Shown piece by piece: positions 24,793 through 38,747 of a stretch of DNA of 64,000 nt. The stretch's first letter is position 1; every line of letters begins with the position of its first letter. The DNA is from Daphnia carinata. Lineage: Eukaryota. The translations under genes were made by a program, and so were the position numbers. The stretch is taken from NCBI RefSeq assembly GCF_022539665.2, contig NC_081333.1:11160001-11224000 (forward strand), written 5' to 3'. The notes under the pieces were generated by a model that ran no database searches, was not told the origin of the DNA, and saw only the letters and a program-made list of their open reading frames with translations.

Positions 24793-27700
24793 ATGACTCG
24801 TTACGCCAGAGCAAACGGTTCTAAATCATGCAATGCTCGTGTGAGTGCAGATCCGACGCCGTGGTCCGAAATGGTTTCCCCTAACAAGCGCGTAGCCGAA
24901 AGCATCGATGATGATGACGTTACAACTCCTAAAAGAGAGAAGAAAACTCCCAAGAAGACTCCCAAAGTTGTCAAGCTTGAACCTGGGACGCCAAAATCAC
25001 TTGCTGTTCTTAAGAGTCCAGTTCATGAAACTTCACCACTAGTAGCTACAACATCTGCTAAAAAGGTTTTGCGGAAAACTCCTGCAAAGCAGAAGGACAC
25101 AAGCTCTGTTAATACCCCTGGAAATGCCAGCACCCCACAAGGTATATTTGCCATTTTGTTTAATCACATTTTGTTTCTGGCAAGTGGTTATATTGTTTTT
25201 AATTTTTGTAGCAGGAAAGCTTTCACAACCGAGTCCAATTCAAACAAGGTCAGCACGTAAGAAGAAAGCTGAACTTAATGCAATACTGGGAACCCCAAAT
25301 AGTAAGGCAGTTTCTCCAACTAAAACTGTTAAGGGGACAAATTTAAACTCGAAGACTACAAGGAAAACCCAAAAAAGTACTCCTAAGGCTAAAGGAATGA
25401 AAAATAGCAATAAAGAAGACTTTAAACTTGAGCTTGATGATGAAATGGATTCTGACGATTTGGATTCTGATGACAACATGGGCCCTGATCATGATTCAGA
25501 TGACATTGATTCAGATGATGAATTTATAGGTATGAATAACATGAGAGCCAATACTTTTTATGGATTGAGTAATATTCTGTTTGGTTAAATGAGAAATAAT
25601 CCAATGTTATCTATTGGTAGATGAAGAGCATGCTGCAAAACTAAAAGCAGAACTTCAATCAATCATCAATAAACCAGTCAATAGCAAGTCAATTCTGAAG
25701 AGCACTAAAACACCAGTTAAGAAAACGAAAACGCCGGCGAAGGAATCCCATGCATCCAAAAAAAGCCCAATTAAGGCGGACACTCCAGCAAAGGAAACGC
25801 TTGAGCAGGGTAAAACTTCAGCGAAAGAAACGTCTACTCAGGTTAAAACTCCAGCCAAGGGAACGCCTATTCAAGTTAAAACTCCAGCAAAGGAAACATC
25901 TATTCAGTTTAAAACCCCAGCCAAGGAAACACCTATTCAGGTTAAAACCCCAGCCAAGGAATCACCTATTCAGGTTAAAACCCCAGCCAAAGAAACACCT
26001 ATTAAAGCTGAAAATTCGGCCAAAGAAACATCTGTTCAAGCTAAAACTCCAGCAAAGGAAACATCTATTCAGGCTAAAACTCCAGCCAAGGGAACCCCAT
26101 CTCAACCTAAAATTCTGGCGAAGGTAACGCCTACTCAAACTAAAACCCCAGCCAAGGAAAACCCTACGCCAGCTAAAACTCCAGCCAAGGAGACGCCTAC
26201 TCTAGCCAAAACTTCAGTGAAAGAGACCCCTACCCAAGCTAAAACCCCGGCGAAGGAAACGCTTACTGTAGCCAAAACTCCGGCCAAGATTCCTGCCCCG
26301 GTTACAACCCCAGTGAAGGAAATTCTTACTCCAGCAAAAACTCCAGCCAAGGAGGCGCCTACTGTAACCAAAACTTCAGCGAAAGAGACCCCTATCCAAG
26401 CGAAAACCCCGGCGAAGAAAACGCTTACTGTAGCCAATACTCCGGCCAAGACTCCAGCGAAGGAGATTCCTGCCCCGGCTACAACCCCAGTGAAGGAGAT
26501 TCCTACTCCAGCTAAAACCCCAGCGAAGGAGACGTCTGCTTCGGATAAAACTACGACCAAGGGGTCTCCTGCACAGGTGAAAACTCCCAAAAAGCCTCCG
26601 ACAACAACGCTCGCCACGGAAACCACTGCTCCAGTTAAAGCCCCGGCTAAAGGCAAAGAAACTTCGCCTCCAGTGAAGACTACAGCTAAGGCGAAAAACT
26701 CTGCGTCTCTGGCTGAAACTTCGGCAGCGGATGCCACATGTCAAGCAACAAGTGCAGTACAGGATAAAAAGGCTCCCGCGAAATCGTTGACTTTAGGGAA
26801 CTCAAAATTGCCAAACAATAGAGAACGAAAAGCTCTGAAGGCCAAGGAAAATCAAGCACCGAAAGAGTCAGGAGTTTCCGAAGTGGCCCATAAAGGATCA
26901 CCTAACGATTCACAAGCTGAAGATGCAAAAGCAGCCAAAGCTGCAAAAGCTCTAGCGAGGAAGTTAAGGTGGAAAAAAAAGAGACTTGAAGCTAGAGACA
27001 AGAAAATTGCTGCAATGCAGGCAGAGAATAGTGGAAATAGTGATTCACAAATAAATAATGGAACCTCATTGTCAGAAAAGGAGGCTAATGGCGCAGTTAA
27101 AAAAACTGTCGTACACGACATGATGAAATATCTTACTTCTAGACAAATAGGCTTAACGTCGTCAAATCAGTCTCCGAAAACTAAGACGAATGCCGCATTG
27201 GCCGAAGAAGAAAGATTTGTCGAAGTTCGCAAGAAGCTAGTAGCCAGTGGCAAAACGGAGGAAGAAATCGATCGAGATCTTCCGAGGGTAATTTTACCAT
27301 TTTTTCGCTTGTTTAATCGGTTGAATTAAAAATAAAATACTTTTTAGATAATGATGGCGATCCAGAAGCGCTTAGAGGGAACCCGATGCCTTAGGTGTCG
27401 TAAAAGGGGACACATGCAGAGAGACTGTCCGGTTTCTGAGCGACGACTGGCCAGCAAATGCTATAAATGCGGAGACACGACGCACACTATTAAAGAGTAA
27501 GGCACAATTTTGTCCTATGTTGAAGTCTTACTTAAATGTTGTTTATTTAGTTGTTCCATCAAGGAAGAGGTTTACACTTATGCAGAGTGTTTCATTTGCC
27601 GCCAGACTGGTCATCTTACTCGAAGTTGCCCTAGTAACCCAAAAGGGATTTACCCTCATGGTGGTGCGTGCTTTAAATGCGGTGACAATAGTCACTTGAG

Positions 27701-27890
27701 CAAATCTTGTCCTGGTACCAAACGATCCCAGGACGAAAAAAAAATGTCAGACGTTATTCAGAAGAAAGTCATCGCTGGCGTACTGAACGTTAAACAGTCC
27801 GCTGATGCTGACGTCATGGAGGATACCGTTGAAAAGATTCAAAACAAAACTCCAAAGCAAGGAAATAAAAAGCGGGTCGTGAAATTTTGA
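24793..27890 (+). CDS. Lys/Thr/Pro-rich protein with long KTPAKE repeat array, acidic patch and C-terminal CCHC zinc knuckles (ZCCHC9-like C-terminus)
   Basis: Knuckles CLRCRKRGHMQRDC, CYKCGDTTH, CFICRQTGHLTRSC(PSNPKGIYPHGG), CFKCGDNSHLSKSC; ends KRVVKF; exons joined by GT-AG introns. Confidence 0.82.
25717..26700 (+). repeat. Coding minisatellite, ~33-bp unit (KTPAKETPxQx)
   Basis: More than 20 degenerate AAAAC(T/C)CC(A/G)GC(A/C/G)AAGGA units. Confidence 0.9.
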
Positions 27891-28733
27891 TGCATTGACT
27901 AGTGGTGTACTAAACATTTATGTATACACCATATGCTGTCCTAATCGGATTCTTGTGAATTGACTTACGGGAAATACACGGTTCTTCAAGACGTTTTCGT
28001 ACTCATAAAATGTTTCGTGAAAAGTTTAAAATTTGGATGGTATAGTACCAACTGTTTGTAGTGCATAGTGTGATAAGTTTGAATTTCCTAGTGGAAGTCG
28101 ACATAAAATAAATTGGAAAAACAACTGATTTCGGCACTAAAATGGTAGATGCAATACAAGAATGATATTGGTCTGCAACATATTTTAACGCATAAACTTT
28201 GATTTCAAGGAAAGGCCTTTTTCTTGGTAACCAGTTGAGGTTTTCTTAGTCACTACTATTTAAAAATACAAGTTTAGTGCTATCAAATCTGAAAGTTTCT
28301 GAAAGTCGAACAGAAAATATAACTGACAATCTGACATAACCAGGGCAATAATCGGGTAATCGATCGACTGTGATTGGTCCGGGTTGGGTCCAGAGGTTGG
28401 AACCATCGATATTATCAATCAAACAAAAAGTATTACACAAAGCGCTAGCGTATTATAGAGGAAATTAAAGAAAAATTTCATCAATTTTCCATCATAATTC
28501 AATTAATTATCAATTCAATAATCCCAGTAAAACGAGTATGAGGAATTAGAAACAAAAATGGTTTTGAATACAGTTGACGTAAATTACATCCATACGCTGT
28601 GTTGCCAATATTTTTAAAGCTGACAAGACGCACTTGTTTCTTTTTAGCAACGCTGCCTCTCTAAATCAGTCCTTTCATTGAAGTCGACTCCTTAGTTCGA
28701 CTCTCTCTCAGTCTTCATCGTTCTATCCGGGAA

Positions 28734-29860
<1,127 letters not shown>

Positions 29861-30053
29861 GATGTGAACCTGTCTTGGCATTAATACAGCGTCTATATCA
29901 AACTGGTTTTATTTTTTTTTTTATTTTGGTTTATCAGTATGAAAGTTAAATAATTTCGATTTCAGTATTTGACTTGAGATGCAGCCTAAGCTACAATTTG
30001 TCATTCCGTTTAACATTTCCTTGTAGGCAAAATGTTTTCACAATACGGAACAT

Positions 30054-31905
30054 TTAACATCGCCGCTTGAAAACTTTTTTTTCCAGACGAGATCTCGACG
30101 AATTGTTTAGTGTCTTCAAATCCGTAAGATTGGGAAACGGGTTTTTCCTGAGCCGTTTTCCCCTCGTCGGCATTGTTAGATCAACACCCGTAGCAGCCTC
30201 AAGAAAAAAAAGGTTATTTCTTTTAGACAGGATATCAAAATATCGTTACTATACCTTAATTTCCGCAAGTAAAGCGGGATCTTGCCATTCGGGTACCGCA
30301 TCTTTGACGGGAGTGCGCAATGTTAAAGGATCTTTGGGTCGACCTTGTTCATCACGAGCGACAATTAGTCCATGAAAAGGACATTTTTTTCGATCTTTTC
30401 TAAGACAAAGTTTTCCATTTGGTAGTTGAGCCCTGCAAGACCATTTAACTGGACAGAAGGCTTCCCCTAGTTCTACGGGATGACTAACCAAGTCTATTGT
30501 TGCTGAAGAGCCGCTTTCCGGATCCTGAACCCAATAACTTTCCACGGTGTTTCTAGTTATCAAGTTAACCAAATGAAATCAACAGTAACAAAATTAATAA
30601 AATGTTTTAGTCACCGTGAAAATGTTGGAGCCGGTACACTAGACAGCGAAGTTGCGTATGAATCTATATCAAGAGGCAACGTCCTTTCGTTGTTTTTTCT
30701 ACGCCTTTTACGGCATAGATATCCATGGGATTCTGGCTTAGTTTCCACAGTAGCGTCTGTTGTGCTAAATATATCGGTTAAATTTTCCTCATGGCTGTCC
30801 AAATCAGGTACAGTTTCTAAATCAGAATCGGAAGAGCAGTCTAAATCGCTATGTAATTTGCAACTTGCAAGATTAGTTTCTTGATATTTTTTGATCGTCA
30901 ACTCCACTTTCATTTTCAAGTCAAGAATACTTTTTTGCAATTTTTCTTCAGCCCCTAGTTTAGCTGAAATGATATTCCACTTAAAAACAGCAGGTAGCCA
31001 CCGACCAGTGAGCAATCGATATTGATCTTGCATGCATCTGATTAATTCCCGATTATGTTGGTTCACTTCGATGATTTGAAAAGGTTGGACATCGATTACA
31101 AGGCTGAATGTTGCGTTATTGCTTATGCCATGCGCCCTGAAATCACATGTGTCTGAACTATCTGGATCTTCACACCCGTTGGGTGCCTTGATGGCAAATT
31201 CATCAGGCAGCAACAACTCCAGTCCATTTTCAATTTGTGTAAGACAATCCCTAATTTCGATTTCTTCAGTAGTTACTTCTTCTTTTAATACTTTCAGTTT
31301 CTCTTTTCTCACAGCAGTCAATTTAGCCTCTTTTTCTTGCATCCTTTGTCTCTCCTGAGCTGATCTAGCTTCCATATCTTCAAAATCAACAACTTTACTT
31401 TTCTTCAAATATTGAAATCCAATTTTTAGCTTTTTGTAAGTCTCGCCATAGGTTTCATACCATTCTTTAATAGTTTTGGTTGCAAGAACTTTTAATTGCT
31501 TCAGTGCTGTAGAAGGTGGTGGAAGAGGAGTATTAGGGTCTATTTCTAGCACCAATTTGGAGAAACACTGGAAATCTGCAATTAAGAGCTCTCTGAAGTG
31601 ATGTGACCTTTTGAATAACTCTTTGATTATGAGCAATGATGACAAACGAATCTCTGAATGCATTTGGCTCAAGTGATGTATGACAATTTTGAAGGCTTCA
31701 TTCACATACACATCTGAAATTCTGAAAATTTTAGATCAGCCAGTGCTTACACCTTACACAACAGGAGTAAATGGATTTACCGACAGATGTTTTTAATCTC
31801 TCTCAATTTTGATTCCTCTATCTGTTTCAGACCACTGCTGACAATATTTTCAATGGTCTGTCCTAACTTCGCGATCAAACTGATGTCCGCCAACTTTAGA
31901 TCCAT
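30054..31905 (-). CDS. UVSSA: UV-stimulated scaffold protein A
   Basis: [77 protein letters not shown]; last codons uncertain. Confidence 0.93.
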
Positions 31906-33400
31906 TCTTTAACGAGGTAATGAATATCAGTTTTGGCTTCAAATTTTTGTGTGAGCAATGTTCTAAACTTTTTCATTTATTCTATATGGCAATCCGTTTT
32001 ACCCAAAATAAAAATAAAAAATATTGGCCTTTTTTCTGTTTTACTGCTATTGCCATCTACCGGTCAAATTTCTAGTTAATTCTCTACATACACTGACCGA
32101 AAAAAATTTTTAAGCCCGACTAAGTAAGTCCGACTAAATAAGCCCGACTTTTCTCGGTCGGGCTTAAATTTTTTTTCTGAAAAACTGACACTCATCGGAA
32201 TTGGTTGAATATCACAAGGTATACTCAAAACTGAATGCTGATTCCGAATAAATTGCTATTTTTTATGAAGTTAATTGTTTTTGAAATACACCGAGTATTT
32301 GACGCAATGCTAGCGCGCCAGTACGCTACAGCGCTAGTGCGATGCTTATTTTGTCGGGCTTATTTTAAACCTGGCCATACAGTTTTTCCACTAGATGGCG
32401 CTGCAGATCAGCCATCATCAGATCAGCCCATCATCAGCCTCTAGCGTGTGCAATGGAACTATTGTTACTTTTTGTTGTCATGTGATTCTCATTGTTTACT
32501 TTGTTTTTACGTTGACAACGTGTATTTGAGTTTCCCTCGTCTGAACGGTATCGTTATTTCTGTTTTTTTTTTTGTTTTTACCTCCACCCCTATTATCGAT
32601 GTGCAAATATTGCACTGCTTCATTACCTAAACGAAATGTCAGCCGTTGCACTTGGGCTTAGAATGAGGTAATATTAACATACTTTTGGAAAACCAGGTCT
32701 CATGTTGTATCATTCTGGGTAAAGCCAGTGTTACCAGCAGAACTGTGCATGATATTTGGTAAAAATTGATGGTTTTTGTGTTTACAACCAAAAGCCAATT
32801 TTCAGGATTATTAAGATGATAATTTACTACTTTTACATTTGCAACATGTTAATCTTATTCTTCTTTATTAGTAAACATATCCAGTAGTGGAGTTGCAAGT
32901 AACAGATGTGTTCTGTTGTGTACTCTGCACATATCGTGGTTTGTTGCATGATTCTATTACTTTGTGAATCAATTGTAACTTATTTATGAATTGTTCATGC
33001 CTGAATATTAATGCAAAAACTACATGCATAGCAGTCATTTCCCAATGCAACAAAATATTCATAGTTTGTAGCAGAAGATTTTATCATAAGTAAACCTTGA
33101 AGACATTCTTGAAGATGTGCTATTTGCTAATATTCTGCAAGAATAGGATCACCCATTTACTTCTGTCTGGTAATAACCATATCTGTTCCACTATCCCCTT
33201 AATTCTGATGGCTACAAAATTAAAGGTATGGTTTTAATTATTTGCTTCGATTATTATGTGCGTGGTAGTGCTTTGAAATGGTATACAGGTCGTACCTGAA
33301 AACTGACCTTTAAGAACTTTGAAAGGCCATGTTATGTTCATTTACTATAGTTTACGTTTGAAACTACGCAGATCTTTTCTAACTTGTGAAGGAGAACATA

Positions 33401-33885
33401 GTTCATTTTTTAAATTTTCGAAATTTTAACTTTCAGTACAACTTCCGGTTTAAAAATGCCTAATAACTTACTATCTGTTGGTCTGAATTAAAAAAGCCAC
33501 ATTTTCGTAATCCTCGTAAAATTTGGGGTCGAATCCATGTGTCAGTAGGAAATACCCGAAAATCGTCAAAAATCGCAAATTTCCCTGAACTATAGTTCAG
33601 GAAAAATCGCGATTTTGGCCAAATTGGACTTTTCGCCAAAAACAGGTCAAAATAGGTCAGACACACCTTAAAGTTCACGAGGATCACGAAAATCATCTTC
33701 GTTTTTGGCCAAATTGGACTTTTCGCCAAAAACAGGTCAAAATAGGTCAGACACACCTTAAAGTTCACGAGGATCACGAAAATCATCTTCGTTTTGTTGT
33801 GGGCCCAGTATTTCTGGAGATATAGTCTACTTCTGGTCACTTCCGGTAATTTTTTTTTCAACTTCGCAAAAACTAAAAAATGAAC
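33401..33885. mobile_element. Nested MITE-like element with ~25-bp TIRs and internal ~90-bp tandem duplication (33613-33795)
   Basis: GTTCATTTTTTAAATTTTCGAAATT vs the reverse complement of AACTTCGCAAAAACTAAAAAATGAAC; two essentially identical TTTTGGCCAAATTGG...CATCTTCGTTT units. Confidence 0.6.
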
Positions 33886-34220
33886 ATTAATATGCCAAAC
33901 ATTTTAAGCATTTTGATCATATATGAAATGGTGTAGTGTCTTCTTTCGTGCTTGTTTTGTTATTGCACTGTTGGTTGATCGCGCGACTTGATATACTTAT
34001 GACACTACTTCGTTAACAGAGACTACTAGCATTATGTATCACGCTAATGGGAAGGTATACCTGGTAAATATAGATCATAGCATGAAGATATACCACATAC
34101 TATTATTATAACCTTATCATGCACGGCCATCTGATGTACAGTCAGGTTTAAAAATAAGCCCGACTTTTTCTTATTTTACGTTACGCTGTAGCGTATTAGC
34201 AAGCTACGGGAAGTTACGTA

Positions 34221-34291
34221 GTACTAATAGCTCTGAGGTAGAGCGTCTGAATACAGGAATCGAAAGTCAAGAGTTCGAGTCACGTATGGAT
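34221..34291 (+). other. tRNA-like motif T1 (distal type)
   Basis: TAGCTCTGAGGTAGAGC D-arm/A-box and GAGTTCGAGTC B-box-like; acceptor stem poor. Confidence 0.6.
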
Positions 34292-34488
34292 CCTATGTGC
34301 CAGAGGATTGGGTTACGGTTCCCACTGTAGACAATATTTCTTTGTCCAAAAAATGAATCACTCTATTGTATTTATAGGTGACATTCCGAGATGGAAATAT
34401 TAAATTGCGTTGGGACGCACAACAATATTATTACAAGTGCAAATAGATTTCCTTCAAAATACATGGAAAAATAGTTAACTAATTGATA

Positions 34489-34558
34489 AAACTCATGGCT
34501 TTATGGTTGAGTATCGGCGTCGCACGCCTGTAATCAAGGGTTCAATCCCGTAAGGAGT
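34489..34558 (+). other. tRNA-like motif T2 (proximal type)
   Basis: TGGCTTTATGGTTGAG, GGCGT-CGC-ACGCC stem, GGGTTCAATCCC T-arm/B-box, ACTC...GAGT ends. Confidence 0.62.
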
Positions 34559-34914
34559 AAAAATGAAATTAAATAAATATATATACGTAACTCAAAATGT
34601 CAAATTGTATGTACAATGCATGTATACTATTCAATATCATTAATGCACATGGAGTTGTAAAATCTCCATGAAGTGAGATTAAAGTGCATCATTCCATAAA
34701 CAATCCATCGTACAACAACGAAATGTTCGCTCATGATTGGGTACAGGAAAAAATTGAAAATACGAGTACGCCAATAAAATGACATTACGACATAATTAAG
34801 GAAATGTTCACAAAAGTTAAAAATGCAGAGCAACACCACGACAGAACAAAAAGACAAGATCTGTAAAGCTTTTTTTAAAATTTGTATTGAAAATACTCTG
34901 CACAATTTAAAGAC

Positions 34915-35270
34915 TTGCAACTTTGAAAGGGCAAAATAGCCGATTCCAAAGTTGCTGTCAACTAAGGTAGGGGGAGACACTACCTCAGTTGACTCACCGG
35001 GGAGATTACCCGGTGCGTGGCTAAGAGAAGCCGGAAGAAGAACCAAGGTTTCGGACAAGCTTTTACGTGAGCGATTAACTGTTAATTCGGATTTTTGGGT
35101 AGCCCCATAGCCCTCCAATGATATCATCGGACCATGAGGACCCCCACGTCCCCTTTCCATACAGCGCACTCACAACCTTTGCTGCTGATCACAGTAGGGG
35201 CATGACCCCCTAATTATTACAAATCTAGGGGAAACGGGGCCACAGAAAAGAAGGGAGCCCAGATATACAC
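34915..35270 (+). ncRNA. Conserved multi-hairpin structured element, diverged copy A (strand uncertain)
   Basis: Successive stems GCAACTTTG/CAAAGTTGC, GTCAAC..AGGTAG/CTACCT..GTTGAC, CACCGGG/CCCGGTG, GGCT/AGCC, TAGGGG/CCCCTA; homologous to 39278-39650. Confidence 0.6.
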
Positions 35271-35289
35271 TTTAATTTTTAAACACATA

Positions 35290-36290
35290 AATGTTTTACG
35301 TTCTGGATGAATCAGCAATTAACCGTGAAGTGAAAGTATCGTTCTTCAAAAATCTAGCATCTCTTTTCGTCTTCTATTTTTGAAACGGAAATATAACGGC
35401 TGGACATCTTTTACGGTTAGCTGCAAAATTTCATCATGAAATCTGGAAGGAAAAAGAAAATTCAGATCAAGGTAAAACATGACCACAGAAAAGATGAGAG
35501 AACCTATTAATTGTGCTTCACTTTGAATGAAACAAATACCGTAACATGGGAGATCTGGACGATATTTCCAATGGGAACTTAATTATGCACTTCACTTTGA
35601 ACATACCATGGGTGACGGTTGGACCAAAATATCGATATCCTTTTAACAATACTGATAGTTTTCAATTAAAAATATGTCAACCTCCACCAAAGTATAGGCT
35701 TGTCACTTGGGAGTTTCCTTTCTGTAATTTACAATATTTTATTTAATAAACTCATGATCTCTAAACCATCAATTAATTACCAAATTGTTTAAGAAGACAT
35801 GTTTGGCAGAATGACAGTCATTGATAGAAAATCAATAATCTTTGCAGGCCTCTTCGATTGCTGAAAAGGCAAAACACTGTTCAAGAAAGAGGACAAGATC
35901 CAATTACTGCAACTGAATATTATCAGAGCAACTCCAACCAAATATTCCAAAATGTTTTCAACTTCAGGCAACAATTCAGGGAAGTTCTCTAAAGAAAACA
36001 AGAACATTCCCTTCGTTATGCAGGGAATTTTGTTGTAATTATAACAAACGATCAAAGTTGTCTCACAGCCGGGATGGGAAAATGGAAAAGGTTTGTCCAT
36101 AGATAACCTATCAACCAGTACTGTCACATCACTGCCAATACAGAGAAGGAAATTCAAAAGTTATTTAAAATTCAATAGATATTTTACCATTAATGATACT
36201 GCAACACATAGCTGTAGCAGATGCTTATTCTATGAAAAATTTATCCTATTGTAGAATAGGCCTTGCCTAAAATGTAACGCGAATGCCATC
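35290..36290. pseudogene. Decayed ORF remnant adjoining structured copy A
   Basis: Interrupted frames. Minus-strand FPELLPEVENI matches FPKLLPEVESI in the 37.7-kb arm and AF*KLLPGI at ~41.8 kb. Coding strand not resolved. Confidence 0.45.
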
Positions 36291-36521
36291 ACCTAAAATT
36301 TATGGCAATCCGTTTTACACAAAAAAAAAAAAAAATTTCGCAAAAAAAAAAAAAAAAAAATCACACTTTTTTCTTATTTTCCGACACGTAGCCATCTACC
36401 GCTCAGACTCGTTATTACTGGCGTAGGCAATTTCAGTCCATTGGATGCCAATATGCCATTCGCAGTTAGTTCAGTAGCGTGGATGGAGAGAATAACGCGT
36501 GGCTGGAGGAACAATTGAAAA

Positions 36522-37260
36522 ATGGATAAGATAATACAACAAAAGGATGGTAAGTATAAACATTATTATATTGGTTTTCAATTATTAATTATTGTTTATT
36601 AGATCAAATTATGGACCTGCAGGCTCAATTATTGCAACAGCACAAAATATTAGATAACAGCAAAGATAAGGATGGTAAGGCCTAATACATAATGATTCTA
36701 TTTATTTGCTTTTATTCATTTGTGTTTTGTAGCTCAAAGTTTGAGTCTACAAGCTCAGCTAGGGGAAAGGAATAAATTGAAACGGAACAGTTTCCAAACA
36801 GTGAAGGAGGTTTTTCCAAACTCAAACCTAACTGAACATGAGGATGAATTGGCATTAGGCGAACACAGTCAGGTACCTAAACTTTTCAAATAAGAATTCA
36901 AAATAAGTATAGAATTTTAACAAACAATTATTTATTGTTTAGTTATTCAGTCTACCACCTGACAGTGTGTTAAATTTAAATTCTGTTAGTGCTGCACTAA
37001 AAGAATCATTAGTAATAAGTCCATGCAGCGAAGAAAGTGAACAATTGTGGGACCATATTTGGGCTGAAAATGGGTGTGGTACGGAAACCAAGAAATAGCA
37101 CAAGTTCAACATGAAACATGGATTAGGTACTTTTTGGTTTTTTGTCTATTGAAAAAGTATTTTTAATGCTATTATTTTGCATTCACAGAATTTTAGCGGG
37201 GGATCAAGTAAAGTCTGGAAGTGTTACAGGATGGAAGAGTGAGCCTACAGTTGAAAAACA
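36522..37260 (+). pseudogene. Spliced ORF in left arm (MDKIIQQKD|DQIMDLQAQLL...), in-frame TAG near 37096
   Basis: Four in-phase GT-AG introns; coiled-coil-like N-terminus; no family recognised. Confidence 0.55.
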
Positions 37261-37991
37261 TTGAAAGTGCATTACCATTAAGGTATGAGGTAAAGTAATA
37301 GAGTATGCAAATTGTCTAATGAGAAGTACCATCTTGTGTGAATGAATCCTGTGTAACAGCAATCCTTTATAGTTCTGTCACAGCTAGAAGCCTCAAATAA
37401 TTCTGCTTCTCTTGCTAAAGAACAACTTGTCCTTTACGTTCAGAGTGTTGGTGAAGCTGGTTACTTAAATGGCCCTAAAGATGTTTCATTTCGTTGGCAT
37501 TGCAGCGATGAACATCATACATGGACTTTTTAGGTATGAAAGGAATTTTCTTGAAAATTTTTTAAATTTATGACAAAGCATTTCTCCTGCTTTTTGCCAA
37601 CCATGTCTAATCTAAAAAAAAAATTTATCCAATAGGAAAGGATTTTCAGCATACTGGGAACACAACTATCAACAATGCAACATTCTAGGGGTGCTATTTT
37701 ATCATTCAAGAGCCTTATACAATGATTATCATCTGCAATTTGTATGGCCTTTCCCAAGCTTCTGCCAGAAGTTGAATCTATAAGTCATGTAAGTCACATG
37801 AGCAACAATTGAGATGCTTAATGGTGTTGTTTTTCTTTTCTAGGCATAGGTTAATAGTAACATTGGATCTGAAAAGATTCTTGGTTGGGGCAAGACACTG
37901 AATAAATTGTAATGATTGAATGGATGACATGACATTTCTATACTTAATTTGGATTCCCGAGACGGTATTTGATATTAAAAAAATTGAAGTG

Positions 37992-38364
37992 CATATCTGG
38001 GCTCCCTTCCTTTCCGTAGCCCCGTTTCCCCTTGACTCGTAATAAGCCCGTAGGGGGTCATGCCCCTACTGTACGGTATATATAAAAATAACATATACCG
38101 AGGTTTGGAGGGCTCTGGCCGGAAAGGGGACGTGGGGTGCCGCTTAGTCCGATGATGTGTTCACGGAGGGCGATGTGGCTACCCACAAATCCGAACTAAA
38201 GGTTAATCGCTCCTGTAAAAATGTTCCAAATCTTCAGCTCTTCTTCCGGCTTCTCTTAGCCAATCACCGGGTAATCTCCCCGGTGGGTCAACAAGGCAGT
38301 GTCTCCCCCTGCCTGGGTTGACGGCAACTTTTGAAAGGGCTATTGTGCCTTTTTAAAGTTGCAA
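37992..38364 (-). ncRNA. Structured element, left-arm copy B
   Basis: Near-identical reverse complement of 39278-39650. Confidence 0.6.
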
Positions 38365-38563
38365 AAATAATTGTAATGTGCAGAGAATTGTCAATAAAAT
38401 TGTTTTTATAAAATTTTTTTTTGCAAAATTTGTTTCTTTCATTGTCTGTGACACACATTACAATTATCAACTTTTTTTTATTTTGCTTTGCTTTATTTGT
38501 TTTTGTCACCTTTGATGGTAAGCATTGTTTCCATTGGTTTATCGTTTATCTGTAAGCATTCTA

Positions 38564-38634
38564 TTATTATCCAGGGATCGAACCCTGTATGTTCGGCATG
38601 CCGCGCCGATGCTCTACCAATGAGCCATGAATCA
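38564..38634 (-). other. tRNA-like motif T3 (proximal type)
   Basis: TGGCTCATTGGTAGAGC, TCGGC-GCGGCAT-GCCGA, CAGGGTTCGATCCCTG; acceptor stem weak. Confidence 0.68.
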
Positions 38635-38747
38635 TATGATGTCAAGATGGCTTTTTTTCTAGTCACTTGTGGACTTGCATTTACACTTAGAATAAAACTG
38701 AAATGCAATTCTCTCTTCTACATTTTTTCTACTTCATTTTAATACAT

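Noticed and set aside
26135..26744. Antisense ORFs over the TPAK repeat
   Set aside because: Shadow frames caused by repeat codon bias.
33613..33795. CRISPR-like repeat, or ORF 33460-33861 as a gene
   Set aside because: A simple two-copy tandem duplication without spacers inside a MITE-like element in a eukaryote.
34957..34993. GTCAAC...GTTGAC stem reminiscent of IscB omega-RNA/HEARO 5' stems
   Set aside because: Only a 6-bp resemblance, and no RuvC/HNH ORF is recognisable nearby. This is not enough to call an OMEGA/Fanzor system.
38145..38200. Hammerhead-like CCGATGA...GAA in the structured element
   Set aside because: The core is not CTGANGA/GAAA and the three-stem geometry is absent.
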